DNA of 31,555 bases from Phycisphaeraceae bacterium. Its GTDB lineage: Bacteria > Planctomycetota > Phycisphaerae > Phycisphaerales > SM1A02. Each line of letters opens with the position of its first letter. Positions within the stretch are counted from its first letter, which is position 1. The stretch lies in NCBI GenBank assembly GCA_040374835.1, contig JBEITQ010000001.1, forward strand, positions 1 to 31,555, read 5' to 3'. Shown in pieces: positions 17,218 to 25,267 of this stretch. Position numbers and translations under genes: made by a program. The notes below the pieces were generated by a model. That model worked only from the letters and a program-made list of their open reading frames with translations, was not told where the DNA came from and made no database searches.

Positions 17218-17910
17218 ATGCCGACTCCGACCGCGCCAGCGCTTGCCGTCGTCGCGTGGCGGACGGCGATCCTGGTGGCGCTCGTGGCCTACGCCGCGGC
17301 AGCCACGGTCGTCTGCCGCGGACTGGTCGGCGGCTTCGGCGGCGCACCGGTGCCGTGGGCGGTGGTGGCGGCGGCCGCGGCCGTCGCGATGCTCGCCGTG
17401 CTTCCGATGGGCGCCGCGATCGACGTGCCCGAGGCCATGTTCGAGCACTGGCTGCCGGAACGGCGGTTTCGCGCCGGGCGCTGCCCCTGCTGCGGCTACG
17501 ACGCGTCGCGCGCCCGCTGCCCGGAGTGCGGCGCGGCCTTTGAGCGGCCCGTTCCCTACGCCTCGGACTGGCGCACGCTGCGGCGCACGGCGTGGGCCGC
17601 GGTGCCCGCGTGGATCGTCGGGCTGGGTGCGGGCATCGCGCTCGTCACCCTGGACGAACGACGCTTCGAGCGGGAAATCGCGTCCTACCGTGCCCTGCAT
17701 CCGGAGCTGCGCGAGCACTCGCGGCCGCGCGCGTCGCCCGCCGGGTTCGCGCGGCTCGGGTGGGACGTCGGGCGCGGGTTCTCCGGCCCGCCGCCGTTCG
17801 AGTCGCCCAAGTCACCGATCCAGTCACCGATTCAGTCGCCGGTTCAGCCGCCCGACTTCGGCCCGGGCGGTGCGAAGCGGTCGACGAACTCGGGCTTGAG
17901 CACGAAGTAG
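17218..17910 (+). CDS. Hypothetical membrane protein with a CxxCGY...CPECG zinc ribbon
   Basis: Two N-terminal TM helices, CPCCGYDASRARCPECG, then a third TM helix. TACGAT lies 7 nt before the ATG. The 3' end overlaps mltA by 67 nt. Confidence 0.7.
   Translation: MPTPTAPALAVVAWRTAILVALVAYAAAATVVCRGLVGGFGGAPVPWAVVAAAAAVAMLAVLPMGAAIDVPEAMFEHWLPERRFRAGRCPCCGYDASRARCPECGAAFERPVPYASDWRTLRRTAWAAVPAWIVGLGAGIALVTLDERRFEREIASYRALHPELREHSRPRASPAGFARLGWDVGRGFSGPPPFESPKSPIQSPIQSPVQPPDFGPGGAKRSTNSGLSTK
17809..17856. repeat. Degenerate 12-bp tandem repeat (4 copies; KSPI-QSPI-QSPV-QPPD)
   Basis: AAGTCACCGATC CAGTCACCGATT CAGTCGCCGGTT CAGCCGCCCGAC at the convergent gene junction. Confidence 0.65.
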
Positions 17911-19178
17911 AAGAACGAGCCGTCGGCGTACTGGTTGCCCGCGAGCACGCGCGCGGCCGCGCCGACGCCCATGTAGATGTCGCCGCGGCCCGCGGCGCGG
18001 ATCGCGCCGCCGGTGTCCTGGTCGAGCATGAACCGGCGGAAGTCGCGCATCTTGCCGGCGTAGTCGGCCGTCTGCGTGTCGACGAGCATCGCCAGGCCGC
18101 GCGGGAAGATCCGCTTGTCGGTGGCGAGCGTCGCGTAGGACGTGACCGGCACGCCGAGCGAGCCCTGCGGCCAGCTCTTGCCGTCGTACATGGCGAAGAA
18201 GACCATGTTCTCGTTGCGGTCGATGTACTTCTGCACCAGCTCCGGGTCGCGCTGGTAGAGCCGCTCGATGGTGCCGAGGTTGCGCTCGCGGCGCGTGATG
18301 ACGCCGTCCTGCACCAGGCTCATGCCGAGGCCCACGTAGGGACGGCCCGTCTTGCCCGCGTAGCCCACGTACTTCACCGAGTTGTCGGGCATGATGAGCT
18401 TCGCGCTGCCGTTCACCTCGCACACGTAGGCATCGAATGCGCTCGCCAGCCACACGAGCTCGGTGCCCGCGAACTCGCCGCTCGCCAGGAGCTCCTTGCG
18501 AGAGGGCCACGGCACGATCGAGCCGTCCTTGGCGCGCCGGCCGAGCGGCTCGCCGGTCTGGGAGTCCTTCACCAGGTCCTTGGGGGCCTGGAAGAGCGGG
18601 TACTTGAAGGTGTCGGTCCGCACCATGCTCGCCTTGATCTCGGGCGAGAAGTAGCCGGTGAAGAGCGCGGTGCCCTTGTCGTCGTAGCCGCGCGTCTGCC
18701 AGACGTCGAAGTGCTCGGCGACGGCCTTCTGGAACGCGGCCGCGTCCTTGCTCGAGGCCAGCAGCTCCTTGAAGGCGCGCACGGTGGCGGCGGCCGTGCG
18801 GTGGTCGGGCACCACCTCGGCGATCGGGCCGAGCTGCTGCGTCGAGTAGGCCGAGCGGCTCGTCCCGGTGTCGAACCAGGCGATGCTCAGGTCGAGCGCG
18901 CGGCCGAACGCGGCGTCCTTCGCCGCGTAGGCGTCGGCAAGGTCGGGGTGCTGCCCCTCGGGCACCTTGCGCAGGCCGTGCTCGCCCGCGGGCAGCTGGA
19001 AGTCGGGATCGATCTCGGGTGCGGGCTTGGCCGGCGTCTCGCATCCGCCGAGGAAGATCGCAGTCGCGGCCGAGAGCGCCGCGGCCGCGGCGAGCGCGGC
19101 GCCGGAGCGCGCGCGGCGGAGGCGGCGTGCGGTCGAGGGGCGGGTGCCAATGCCACAGTCCTGGATGCGTCCGTGCAT
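17844..19178 (-). CDS. mltA: Membrane-bound lytic murein transglycosylase A-like lipoprotein (MltA + 3D domain)
   Basis: Lipobox FLGGC, TGYFSPE, NENMVFF, GSLGVPV, ATDKRIFPRG, DQDTGGAIR...DIYMG (3D motif). GACGAT lies 6 nt before ATG 19178. Confidence 0.88.
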   Translation of the reverse strand: MHGRIQDCGIGTRPSTARRLRRARSGAALAAAAALSAATAIFLGGCETPAKPAPEIDPDFQLPAGEHGLRKVPEGQHPDLADAYAAKDAAFGRALDLSIAWFDTGTSRSAYSTQQLGPIAEVVPDHRTAAATVRAFKELLASSKDAAAFQKAVAEHFDVWQTRGYDDKGTALFTGYFSPEIKASMVRTDTFKYPLFQAPKDLVKDSQTGEPLGRRAKDGSIVPWPSRKELLASGEFAGTELVWLASAFDAYVCEVNGSAKLIMPDNSVKYVGYAGKTGRPYVGLGMSLVQDGVITRRERNLGTIERLYQRDPELVQKYIDRNENMVFFAMYDGKSWPQGSLGVPVTSYATLATDKRIFPRGLAMLVDTQTADYAGKMRDFRRFMLDQDTGGAIRAAGRGDIYMGVGAAARVLAGNQYADGSFFYFVLKPEFVDRFAPPGPKSGG

Positions 19179-19236
19179 GCGGGGATCGTCGGCCGCCAAC
19201 GGGGGTTTCGTGCAGAAATCCGATACACTTCGGCCC

Positions 19237-19524
19237 ATGACCACCGTCGCCCCCGCCCTCCTCGGCCTGTTCGGCCTCGGCACCACCGAGCTCGTGATCA
19301 TCGGGGTGATCGGCCTGCTCCTCTTCGGGAGCCGCCTGCCGTCGGTGGGACGGAACATCGGCAAGTCCATCACCGAGTTCAAGAAGGGCATGAAGGACGC
19401 GAGCGACGAGCTCGCCAAGGACGACTCGAAGGCGCCCCAGCAGCTCACCCAGCAGCAGATGGAGCGCGCCACCGACGAGGCGCTGCGCCGCCTCAAGGCC
19501 GAGCAGGCCGCCCAGCAGAAGTGA
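19237..19524 (+). CDS. tatA: Twin-arginine translocase TatA/TatE family subunit
   Basis: G.TELVII...GLLLFG.RLPSVGRNIGKSITEFKKGM. TACACT lies 7 nt before the ATG. Confidence 0.9.
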   Translation: MTTVAPALLGLFGLGTTELVIIGVIGLLLFGSRLPSVGRNIGKSITEFKKGMKDASDELAKDDSKAPQQLTQQQMERATDEALRRLKAEQAAQQK

Positions 19525-21200
19525 CCGCCCGGCAGGGCTGGTTCGTCGCCATCTCAGCCTTCCTCGTGGTGGGCGTGCTGTTCCTCGGGGTGCGCCCCAT
19601 GCAGGTGCCCGACGAGGCCCGCTACGGCATCATCCCGGCGGCCATGGTCGAAAGCGGCGACTGGCTGTCGCTGCGCCTGGCCGGGTTCCGCTTCTACGAG
19701 AAGCCGCCGCTCGTCTACTGGCTGACGGCGGCGAGCATCTCGCTCTTCGGCGAGCAGCCCTTCGCGATCCGGCTGCCGAGCGCGCTGGCCACCCTGGTCA
19801 CGGCGCTCTGCGCGGGCTGGCTTGCCGTGCGCATCACCGGGCGACGGGAGATCGGGCCACTCGCGTTCCTGGTGCAGGCGACGACGGTGATGCCCATGGT
19901 GCTCGGCGGCGTCATCACGCTCGACCCGACCTTCGCGGCGACGGTCGCGCTCACGACGTGCGCGTTCTTCGGCGCGTGCACGTCAAGCGGGCGCGTACGC
20001 CTCGGCTGGCTCGGCGCGGCAGGCGCGGCGGCGGGCTTCTCGTTCCTCGCGAAGGGCCTGCTTGGGTTCGCGATTCCCGGGGCGACGGCGCTCGCATACC
20101 TCGCATGGCAGCGGCGCTGGCGCGACATGGCCACGATGCCGTGGATCCCGCTCGTGGCGGCGGCCGCCGCGGCGGCGCCCTTCGTGCTCGCCGTCGAGCG
20201 CGCCAACCCCGGCATGTGGACGTACTTCGTGATGAAGGAGCACGTGCGCCGCGCGGTGTCGCCGGACCTCACGCAGCAACCGCAGCCCTGGTGGTTCTAC
20301 GGCGCCGTGTTCCCGGCCGGGGCACTGCTCTGGACGCTCGCATGGCCAAACGCGGCGAAGGGCCTGCGCGGCGCCCGCGAGTGGCGCGACGGGGTGCGGT
20401 TCCTGCTCTGCTGGGCGATCGTTCCGATCCTGGCGCTCTCGCTTTCCGGCGGCAAGCTGGCGACGTACGTGCTGCCCATGTTCGCGCCGGTGTCGGTGCT
20501 GGTCGCGATGGGCCTGGTGCGCGGGCGAGAGGCAGGGTCGATCGTGCGCGACGTGCCGGCGCGCATCGGGCAGGCGCTGGTGTGGCTGGCAGCGGCGACG
20601 TGCGCGGCGCTAGCCGTCGCCGGCACCGAGCGCTTCGGACTGCCCACGCTCTGGGAATCGGGCGCCTCGGCACGATTCGCGTGCCTTGCCGCGGCGCTTG
20701 CGGCATGGGCGCTCGCCGACGGCTGGAGCTGGCGCGCCTCGGACGGCCCGCGCTGGCTCGTTCGCACCGCGATCGCGCCGGTCGCGGTCCTGGCCATGGT
20801 CCCGTTCCTCTATCCGACCGCCGCGCTCAAGGCCGCCAAGCACCCGTGGCCGTTCCTCGAGAAGCACCGCGACGCGCTGTGCGCGGTCGACGTGCTGGTG
20901 GTCGCCGGCGGCTCGCCCGCGCTCGCGACGAGCTGGACGACCGGGCGCCGCGACCTCGTCATCGCCGGATGGGCCGACGAGTTCGACAACGAGCTCAACC
21001 TGCCGGAAGAGCTGCCGCGGCGCATCGGCTGGGAAGACGTGGCCGTGCGCGCGACCGAGGCCCGGGCGGCCAACCCGCCGAAGGCCTTCGCCGTGCTCTG
21101 CGACACGCCGGCGGCCGAGCGGCTGCTGGCGATGCCCGGTTTCCCCGCACCCACCGTGCAGGATGCCGACCGCGACCTCACCGTGATGTTCTGGCGCTGA
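19521..21200 (+). CDS. ArnT/PMT-like (GT-C fold, 'family 39') glycosyltransferase
   Basis: PDEARY...MVESGDW, FYEKPPLVYW, LAKG, PWWFY, KLATYVLP, many TM helices. GTGA overlap with the tatA stop. Confidence 0.9.
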   Translation: MTARQGWFVAISAFLVVGVLFLGVRPMQVPDEARYGIIPAAMVESGDWLSLRLAGFRFYEKPPLVYWLTAASISLFGEQPFAIRLPSALATLVTALCAGWLAVRITGRREIGPLAFLVQATTVMPMVLGGVITLDPTFAATVALTTCAFFGACTSSGRVRLGWLGAAGAAAGFSFLAKGLLGFAIPGATALAYLAWQRRWRDMATMPWIPLVAAAAAAAPFVLAVERANPGMWTYFVMKEHVRRAVSPDLTQQPQPWWFYGAVFPAGALLWTLAWPNAAKGLRGAREWRDGVRFLLCWAIVPILALSLSGGKLATYVLPMFAPVSVLVAMGLVRGREAGSIVRDVPARIGQALVWLAAATCAALAVAGTERFGLPTLWESGASARFACLAAALAAWALADGWSWRASDGPRWLVRTAIAPVAVLAMVPFLYPTAALKAAKHPWPFLEKHRDALCAVDVLVVAGGSPALATSWTTGRRDLVIAGWADEFDNELNLPEELPRRIGWEDVAVRATEARAANPPKAFAVLCDTPAAERLLAMPGFPAPTVQDADRDLTVMFWR

Positions 21201-21213
21201 GCACGCCCGGCGC

Positions 21214-22734
21214 TCAGCCGGGTCCGAGCGGGATGCCGAGCGACTCCCACGCCACCAGGAACGCCGTCCACGTGACGAGCGCGGCGATGCAGTACGGCAC
21301 CAGCAGCGCGATGAGCGTGCCGATCCCGGCGTCGGGCTGCCAGCGGCGGATCGCCACCAGGATGATGACGAGGTAGGCGTTGAGCGGCGCGATCGGGTTG
21401 GTGCACGAGTCGCCGACGCGGTAGGCCGCCTGCACCAGTTCCGGCCGCATGCCGGCCTGCGCGAGCATCGGCACCAGCACGGGTGCCAGGAACGCCCACT
21501 TCGCGCTCGCGCTCGAGACCAGCAGGTTGAGGAGCGCCGTCGCGCCCACCACCGCCACGAGCATCGGCCCGGCGCCGAGGCCGAGCGACTTCACCACCTC
21601 GGCGCCCTCGATGCCGATCACCGTCGCCAGGTTCGACTGCCGGAACCACGCGATCGCCTGGCCGGCGAAGAACGCGAGCACCACGTACGTGCCCATGCCG
21701 GCCATCGCCTCGCCCATGCGGTTGGCCACGCAGCGGTCGGAGCGGATCTCGCCGCTCACCATGCCGAAGGCGATGCCGGGCAGCAGGAAGAGCACGAGGA
21801 GCATGGGCACGATCGCCTCGGTCCACGAGGGCACCATCGTCGTCGTGCCGTGGCGCTGCACCTCGCCGGTGAGCGGGCCGCCGGGAATGAACGCCATCGC
21901 CGCGAACGCGCCGCCCGCAAGCACGAAGGCGGCGAGCGCCGCCCACAGGCCGCGCCGCTCGCCGGGCGAGAGCGACTCGTCGCCGGCAGCCACCCCGCCC
22001 CCCTGCACCAGCTGCCGCTCGACGGAGGCGCGATCGAAGCGCGGCTCGACGATCCGGTCCGTCACGAACCATCCCACGCCGGTCATCAGGAACGTCGACG
22101 CCATCATGAAGTACCAGTTGCAGTCGGCGCGGACGATGGCGTTCGGGTCGAGGGCGCGCGCCGCCTGCTCGGTGAGGCCCTGCAGAAGGGGATCGAGGCT
22201 CGTGATCGCGAGGTTCGCGCTGAACCCGCCGGCGACGCCGAACGTGGCGGCGGCGATGCCGGCAAGCGGCGAGCGGCCCACGCGCGCGAACACCCCGGCC
22301 GCGAGCGGCGGCAGCACCACGTAGCCGGCGTCCGCGGCGGCGCTCGACATCACGCCGATGAAGACCACCGCCGGCGACAGCAGCGCACGCGGCGTCACGA
22401 TCACCAGGAGCTTCAGCAGCGCCGGGAAGAGCCCCGTGCGCTCCGCCACGCCGATCCCGAGCATGGCCACGAGCACGATGGCCAGCGGCGGGAAGTCGAG
22501 GAAGTTCCGGATCGCCTGCGTCAGGATCCAGCGGACGCCCTCGGCGTCGAGCAGCGACCGCACCGCCACCGCCTTCGACGGGTCGCGCGGATCCACGACC
22601 GACCAGCCCGCCCACGCGCCGAGCGCGCTCGCAAGCAGCGTGGCCGCGCCGAGGAGGACGAACAGCGTCGCCGGGTCCGGCAGGCGGTTTCCGACGCGCT
22701 CCACCGCGGAGAGGAAGCCTGAGGGGCGGGCCAT
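21214..22734 (-). CDS. AbgT family transporter
   Basis: FL..VERVGNRLPDP, GIGVAERTG, AGGFSAN, CNWYFM, SASAKW, YRVGDSCTNPIAPLNAY. Start moved to ATG 22734. Confidence 0.93.
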   Translation of the reverse strand: MARPSGFLSAVERVGNRLPDPATLFVLLGAATLLASALGAWAGWSVVDPRDPSKAVAVRSLLDAEGVRWILTQAIRNFLDFPPLAIVLVAMLGIGVAERTGLFPALLKLLVIVTPRALLSPAVVFIGVMSSAAADAGYVVLPPLAAGVFARVGRSPLAGIAAATFGVAGGFSANLAITSLDPLLQGLTEQAARALDPNAIVRADCNWYFMMASTFLMTGVGWFVTDRIVEPRFDRASVERQLVQGGGVAAGDESLSPGERRGLWAALAAFVLAGGAFAAMAFIPGGPLTGEVQRHGTTTMVPSWTEAIVPMLLVLFLLPGIAFGMVSGEIRSDRCVANRMGEAMAGMGTYVVLAFFAGQAIAWFRQSNLATVIGIEGAEVVKSLGLGAGPMLVAVVGATALLNLLVSSASAKWAFLAPVLVPMLAQAGMRPELVQAAYRVGDSCTNPIAPLNAYLVIILVAIRRWQPDAGIGTLIALLVPYCIAALVTWTAFLVAWESLGIPLGPG

Positions 22735-22747
22735 CGCGGGCCGGAGG

Positions 22748-23638
22748 CTAGCGGCTGGGGCGGACGAGGACGCCTGCGCGCGCCAGGCGCTGCTGATGGC
22801 GCCTGATGAGCCCCGTGTCGTACCCGCACAGGCTCCCGATCTCTCGCTCGACGCGCGCGAGGTCGAGCCGCGCATGATTGTCGCGGAACAGGCCGACCTT
22901 GACGTAGGGAACCCCATCGCGGACGAGCGGGACCGGCCGCAGGAGCGACGGGTTGGTCCGGCGGACGTCCCAGCCTCGCTTGCGCACGATGGCCAGCGCA
23001 CGGCGAGGCCGCAGAGGCAAGAGCATCGGCAGGACCGCCCCCCAGGCGGATGCAGGCGCGGTCCTCGGGTCGTGGATCGCCGAGAGGACGAAGCCCCCGC
23101 GCAAGAGGCTCTCGGAGAGTCCGAGCTCGTAGCGATCGACGATCTCGTCCTTGGTGGAGAGCGGAACCACGCCCGACCAGAATTCGCGGAACGCCGCGGA
23201 TCGGAGCACCGGACGCCGCATCGCGAAGAACCACGACTGCAGGTGAAGCACCGACGGGCGGCGCCTCGCCGCGCTTCCCTCCCCGGAGAAGCACATGCCC
23301 CATGCATCCGCGCGTGCGATGCGCGGATCCGCGAGCACGGGCGACAGGTCGGCCATCGGCCCGTAGACGCTGTCGTTGACGCAGATCAATTCGTCGATGC
23401 CGTCGAGCGACCCGATCGACTCGATGCCCGCACGCCAGCTGCAGAAGTCGTAGCCGGAGTTGTCGCGCGGGATGAACTCGTCCACGAGCCCGCGATCGGC
23501 GCACGGCAGCTCCCGGGCGCTCGCTGACACGAGGACCAGCCGATCCGCCACGCGACGGTACTCGCGCAGCGCCGCCAGGACGTAGTCATCGACCACGCCC
23601 TCGGGGTCGAAGTGGGCCATGACGATGGCGCGCGTCAT
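22748..23638 (-). CDS. Rhamnan synthesis protein F (RgpF)-like protein
   Basis: AHFDPEG.VDDYV, R.NSGYDF..W, NDSVYGP, HLQSWF, YELGLS, NP, PYVKV. GGAGG SD before ATG 23638. Confidence 0.82.
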   Translation of the reverse strand: MTRAIVMAHFDPEGVVDDYVLAALREYRRVADRLVLVSASARELPCADRGLVDEFIPRDNSGYDFCSWRAGIESIGSLDGIDELICVNDSVYGPMADLSPVLADPRIARADAWGMCFSGEGSAARRRPSVLHLQSWFFAMRRPVLRSAAFREFWSGVVPLSTKDEIVDRYELGLSESLLRGGFVLSAIHDPRTAPASAWGAVLPMLLPLRPRRALAIVRKRGWDVRRTNPSLLRPVPLVRDGVPYVKVGLFRDNHARLDLARVEREIGSLCGYDTGLIRRHQQRLARAGVLVRPSR

Positions 23639-23699
23639 GGCGCGCCCTCCCGCGGGCATGCGGGGCGGATCCCACGCGAGCCCAGTCCCCTCGCGCGGA

Positions 23700-24701
23700 T
23701 CACCCGGCAATCCACTGTGGGCGCGGGGGCGCCGTCGCGCCGCGAAGTGCCGAGGACCTCGCCTCGACCATCATTCGCACCACGTCCCGCATTCGATGGC
23801 GGGCGCTCCAGCCGATGAGCTCCCGCGCCCGCGAAGGATCCGCGCGTCCGCAGTCGAGCTCGGTCGGCCGGACCAGCGACGGCTCGAACGACACGTGATT
23901 CGTCCAATCGAGGCCGACTGCGGCGAACGCCTCGCGCACGAAATCCTGCAGGGACGCCGTGTGCCCGGTCGCGATCACGAGGTCCGCAGGGCGATCGCAC
24001 TGGAGCATCCGGTGCATCGCGACGACGTATTCCGGCGCCCAGCCCCAGTCGCGCTGCACGCCGAGGTCGCCGAGCCGCAGCGAATCCGCCTCGCCGGCGG
24101 CGATCCGGCATGCCGCCGCGACGATCTTCTGGGTGACGAAGCGCTCGGGTCGCAGCGGGCTCTCGTGGTTGAAGAGGATCCCGGTGCACGCGTGGATGCC
24201 GTAGGCATTCCGGTACTGCGCCACCTGCCAGAAGCTGGTCGCCTTCGCGATGCCGTAGGGGCTGCAGGGGCGGAACACGGTGTCTTCGTTCGCCGGCGCG
24301 CCGCCGGTGTTCCCGAACATCTCCGAGCTGCCGGCGTTGTACATCCTGATCGGCGCCTTCAGGAGGCGGATCGCCTCGAGCAGGTTGATGACGCCGACCA
24401 CGATGCTCTCGAAGGTCTCGACCGGCTGGTCGAAGGACATGCGCACCGATGACTGGCCGGCCAGGTTGTAGATCTCGTCGGGCTTCGCCGACGCGACCGC
24501 CTGCAGCGTCGAGCGGAAGTCGACCGGCGACATGCTGATCACCTGCACGCGGTCGCGGATCCCCAGCGTGCGCAGGCCATCGAATCGCCCGGTCTCGGCA
24601 TCGCGGCTGGTCCCGACCACGTGGTAGCCGAGCGACAGCAGGTGCTCCGCGAGGTAGGCACCGTCCTGGCCGCCGATACCGGTGATGAGGGCGCGCTTCA
24701 T
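23700..24701 (-). CDS. gmd: GDP-mannose 4,6-dehydratase
   Basis: ALITGIGGQDGAYL, DEIYNLAGQSSV, SSEMFG, SPYGIAK (YxxxK), GILFNHESPLR, FVTQKI, RDWGWA. Confidence 0.9.
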   Translation of the reverse strand: MKRALITGIGGQDGAYLAEHLLSLGYHVVGTSRDAETGRFDGLRTLGIRDRVQVISMSPVDFRSTLQAVASAKPDEIYNLAGQSSVRMSFDQPVETFESIVVGVINLLEAIRLLKAPIRMYNAGSSEMFGNTGGAPANEDTVFRPCSPYGIAKATSFWQVAQYRNAYGIHACTGILFNHESPLRPERFVTQKIVAAACRIAAGEADSLRLGDLGVQRDWGWAPEYVVAMHRMLQCDRPADLVIATGHTASLQDFVREAFAAVGLDWTNHVSFEPSLVRPTELDCGRADPSRARELIGWSARHRMRDVVRMMVEARSSALRGATAPPRPQWIAG

Positions 24702-24821
24702 CCGTGTTTCCGGTCCGAGGGTACCGCGCGCAGGCGCCGGCGATCAGGGTGGGAGACGCGGGTTATCCGGGCGCCCGAGACGGCCCTCGCGCCCGATGGA
24801 TCGGCTACCATTTCGCACCCC

Positions 24822-24895
24822 GGGCGATTAGCTCAGCTGGCTAGAGCACACGCATCACACGCGTGGGGTCACTGGTTCGAATCCAGTATCGCCCA
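24822..24895 (+). tRNA. tRNA-Val(CAC)
   Basis: Acceptor GGGCGAT/ATCGCCC, D-arm GCTC/GAGC, anticodon arm CACGC-ATCACAC-GCGTG, T-loop GGTTCGAATCC. CCA is not encoded. TACCAT -10-like box upstream. Confidence 0.93.
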
Positions 24896-24911
24896 TTCGA
24901 TTCCTCCGAGA

Positions 24912-24927
24912 CGCTCCGAAAGGAGCG
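24912..24927. terminator. Small GAAA-tetraloop hairpin between tRNA-Val and the convergent small ORF
   Basis: CGCTCC-GAAA-GGAGCG. Short stem and no clear U-tract. Confidence 0.35.
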
Positions 24928-24972
24928 GGACCGGGAAGCACGACCCCGTCTGGCCGGACGCGGCGACGGACG

Positions 24973-25239
24973 TCAGAAACGGAATGCCCCGAGGGCGAAG
25001 TCGGCGCGTCCGCGATAGCACGGGGTGTCGACCGGGGAGGGGAACACCTCGTCGGTCCTCTCCAGGCGGACGTCTCGGGGCGTCGCGGCGATCTTGCCGA
25101 CCAGTTCCCGGAAGTCGCCGCAGGACCCCAGGAAGTGATCGATCTCGGCCGTGGATCGCGGGTGCCGCCCCATGATGTTCGCGAAGCACCAGACGACGTC
25201 CTGTCGGGTGAGGGTCTTCCGTGGCCTGAATCCGAACAT
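24973..25239 (-). CDS. Small hypothetical protein with a DUF4214-like helical motif
   Basis: TRQDVVWCFANIMGRHPRS.AEIDHF resembles the 'V.W.YR..LGR.PE' module found on glycan methyl-/glycosyltransferases. Starts 28 nt after the GT stop, with AAGG upstream. Confidence 0.55.
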   Translation of the reverse strand: MFGFRPRKTLTRQDVVWCFANIMGRHPRSTAEIDHFLGSCGDFRELVGKIAATPRDVRLERTDEVFPSPVDTPCYRGRADFALGAFRF

Positions 25240-25267
25240 CGGGCACCTTGCCTTTGGGCTGGACCGG

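Noticed and set aside
19040-19178. Twin-arginine (Tat) signal on MltA, given the adjacent tatA
   Set aside because: RRLRR lacks the S/T-R-R-x-F-L consensus. A lipobox (LGGC) is the better-supported feature.
17592-19520. 1202-aa ORF 17592..21200 as one giant protein
   Set aside because: Only 19521-21200 has ArnT-like motifs. The upstream part is the stop-free antisense or off-frame shadow of mltA and tatA in GC-rich DNA.
24822-24895. tRNAs as integration sites of a genomic island or prophage
   Set aside because: I found no duplicated tRNA 3' end (att site), integrase or phage gene in the window for any of the three tRNAs.
24869-25246. Alternative 125-aa ORF overlapping tRNA-Val
   Set aside because: It runs into the tRNA and has no motif. 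The 24973..25239 frame looks more protein-like.
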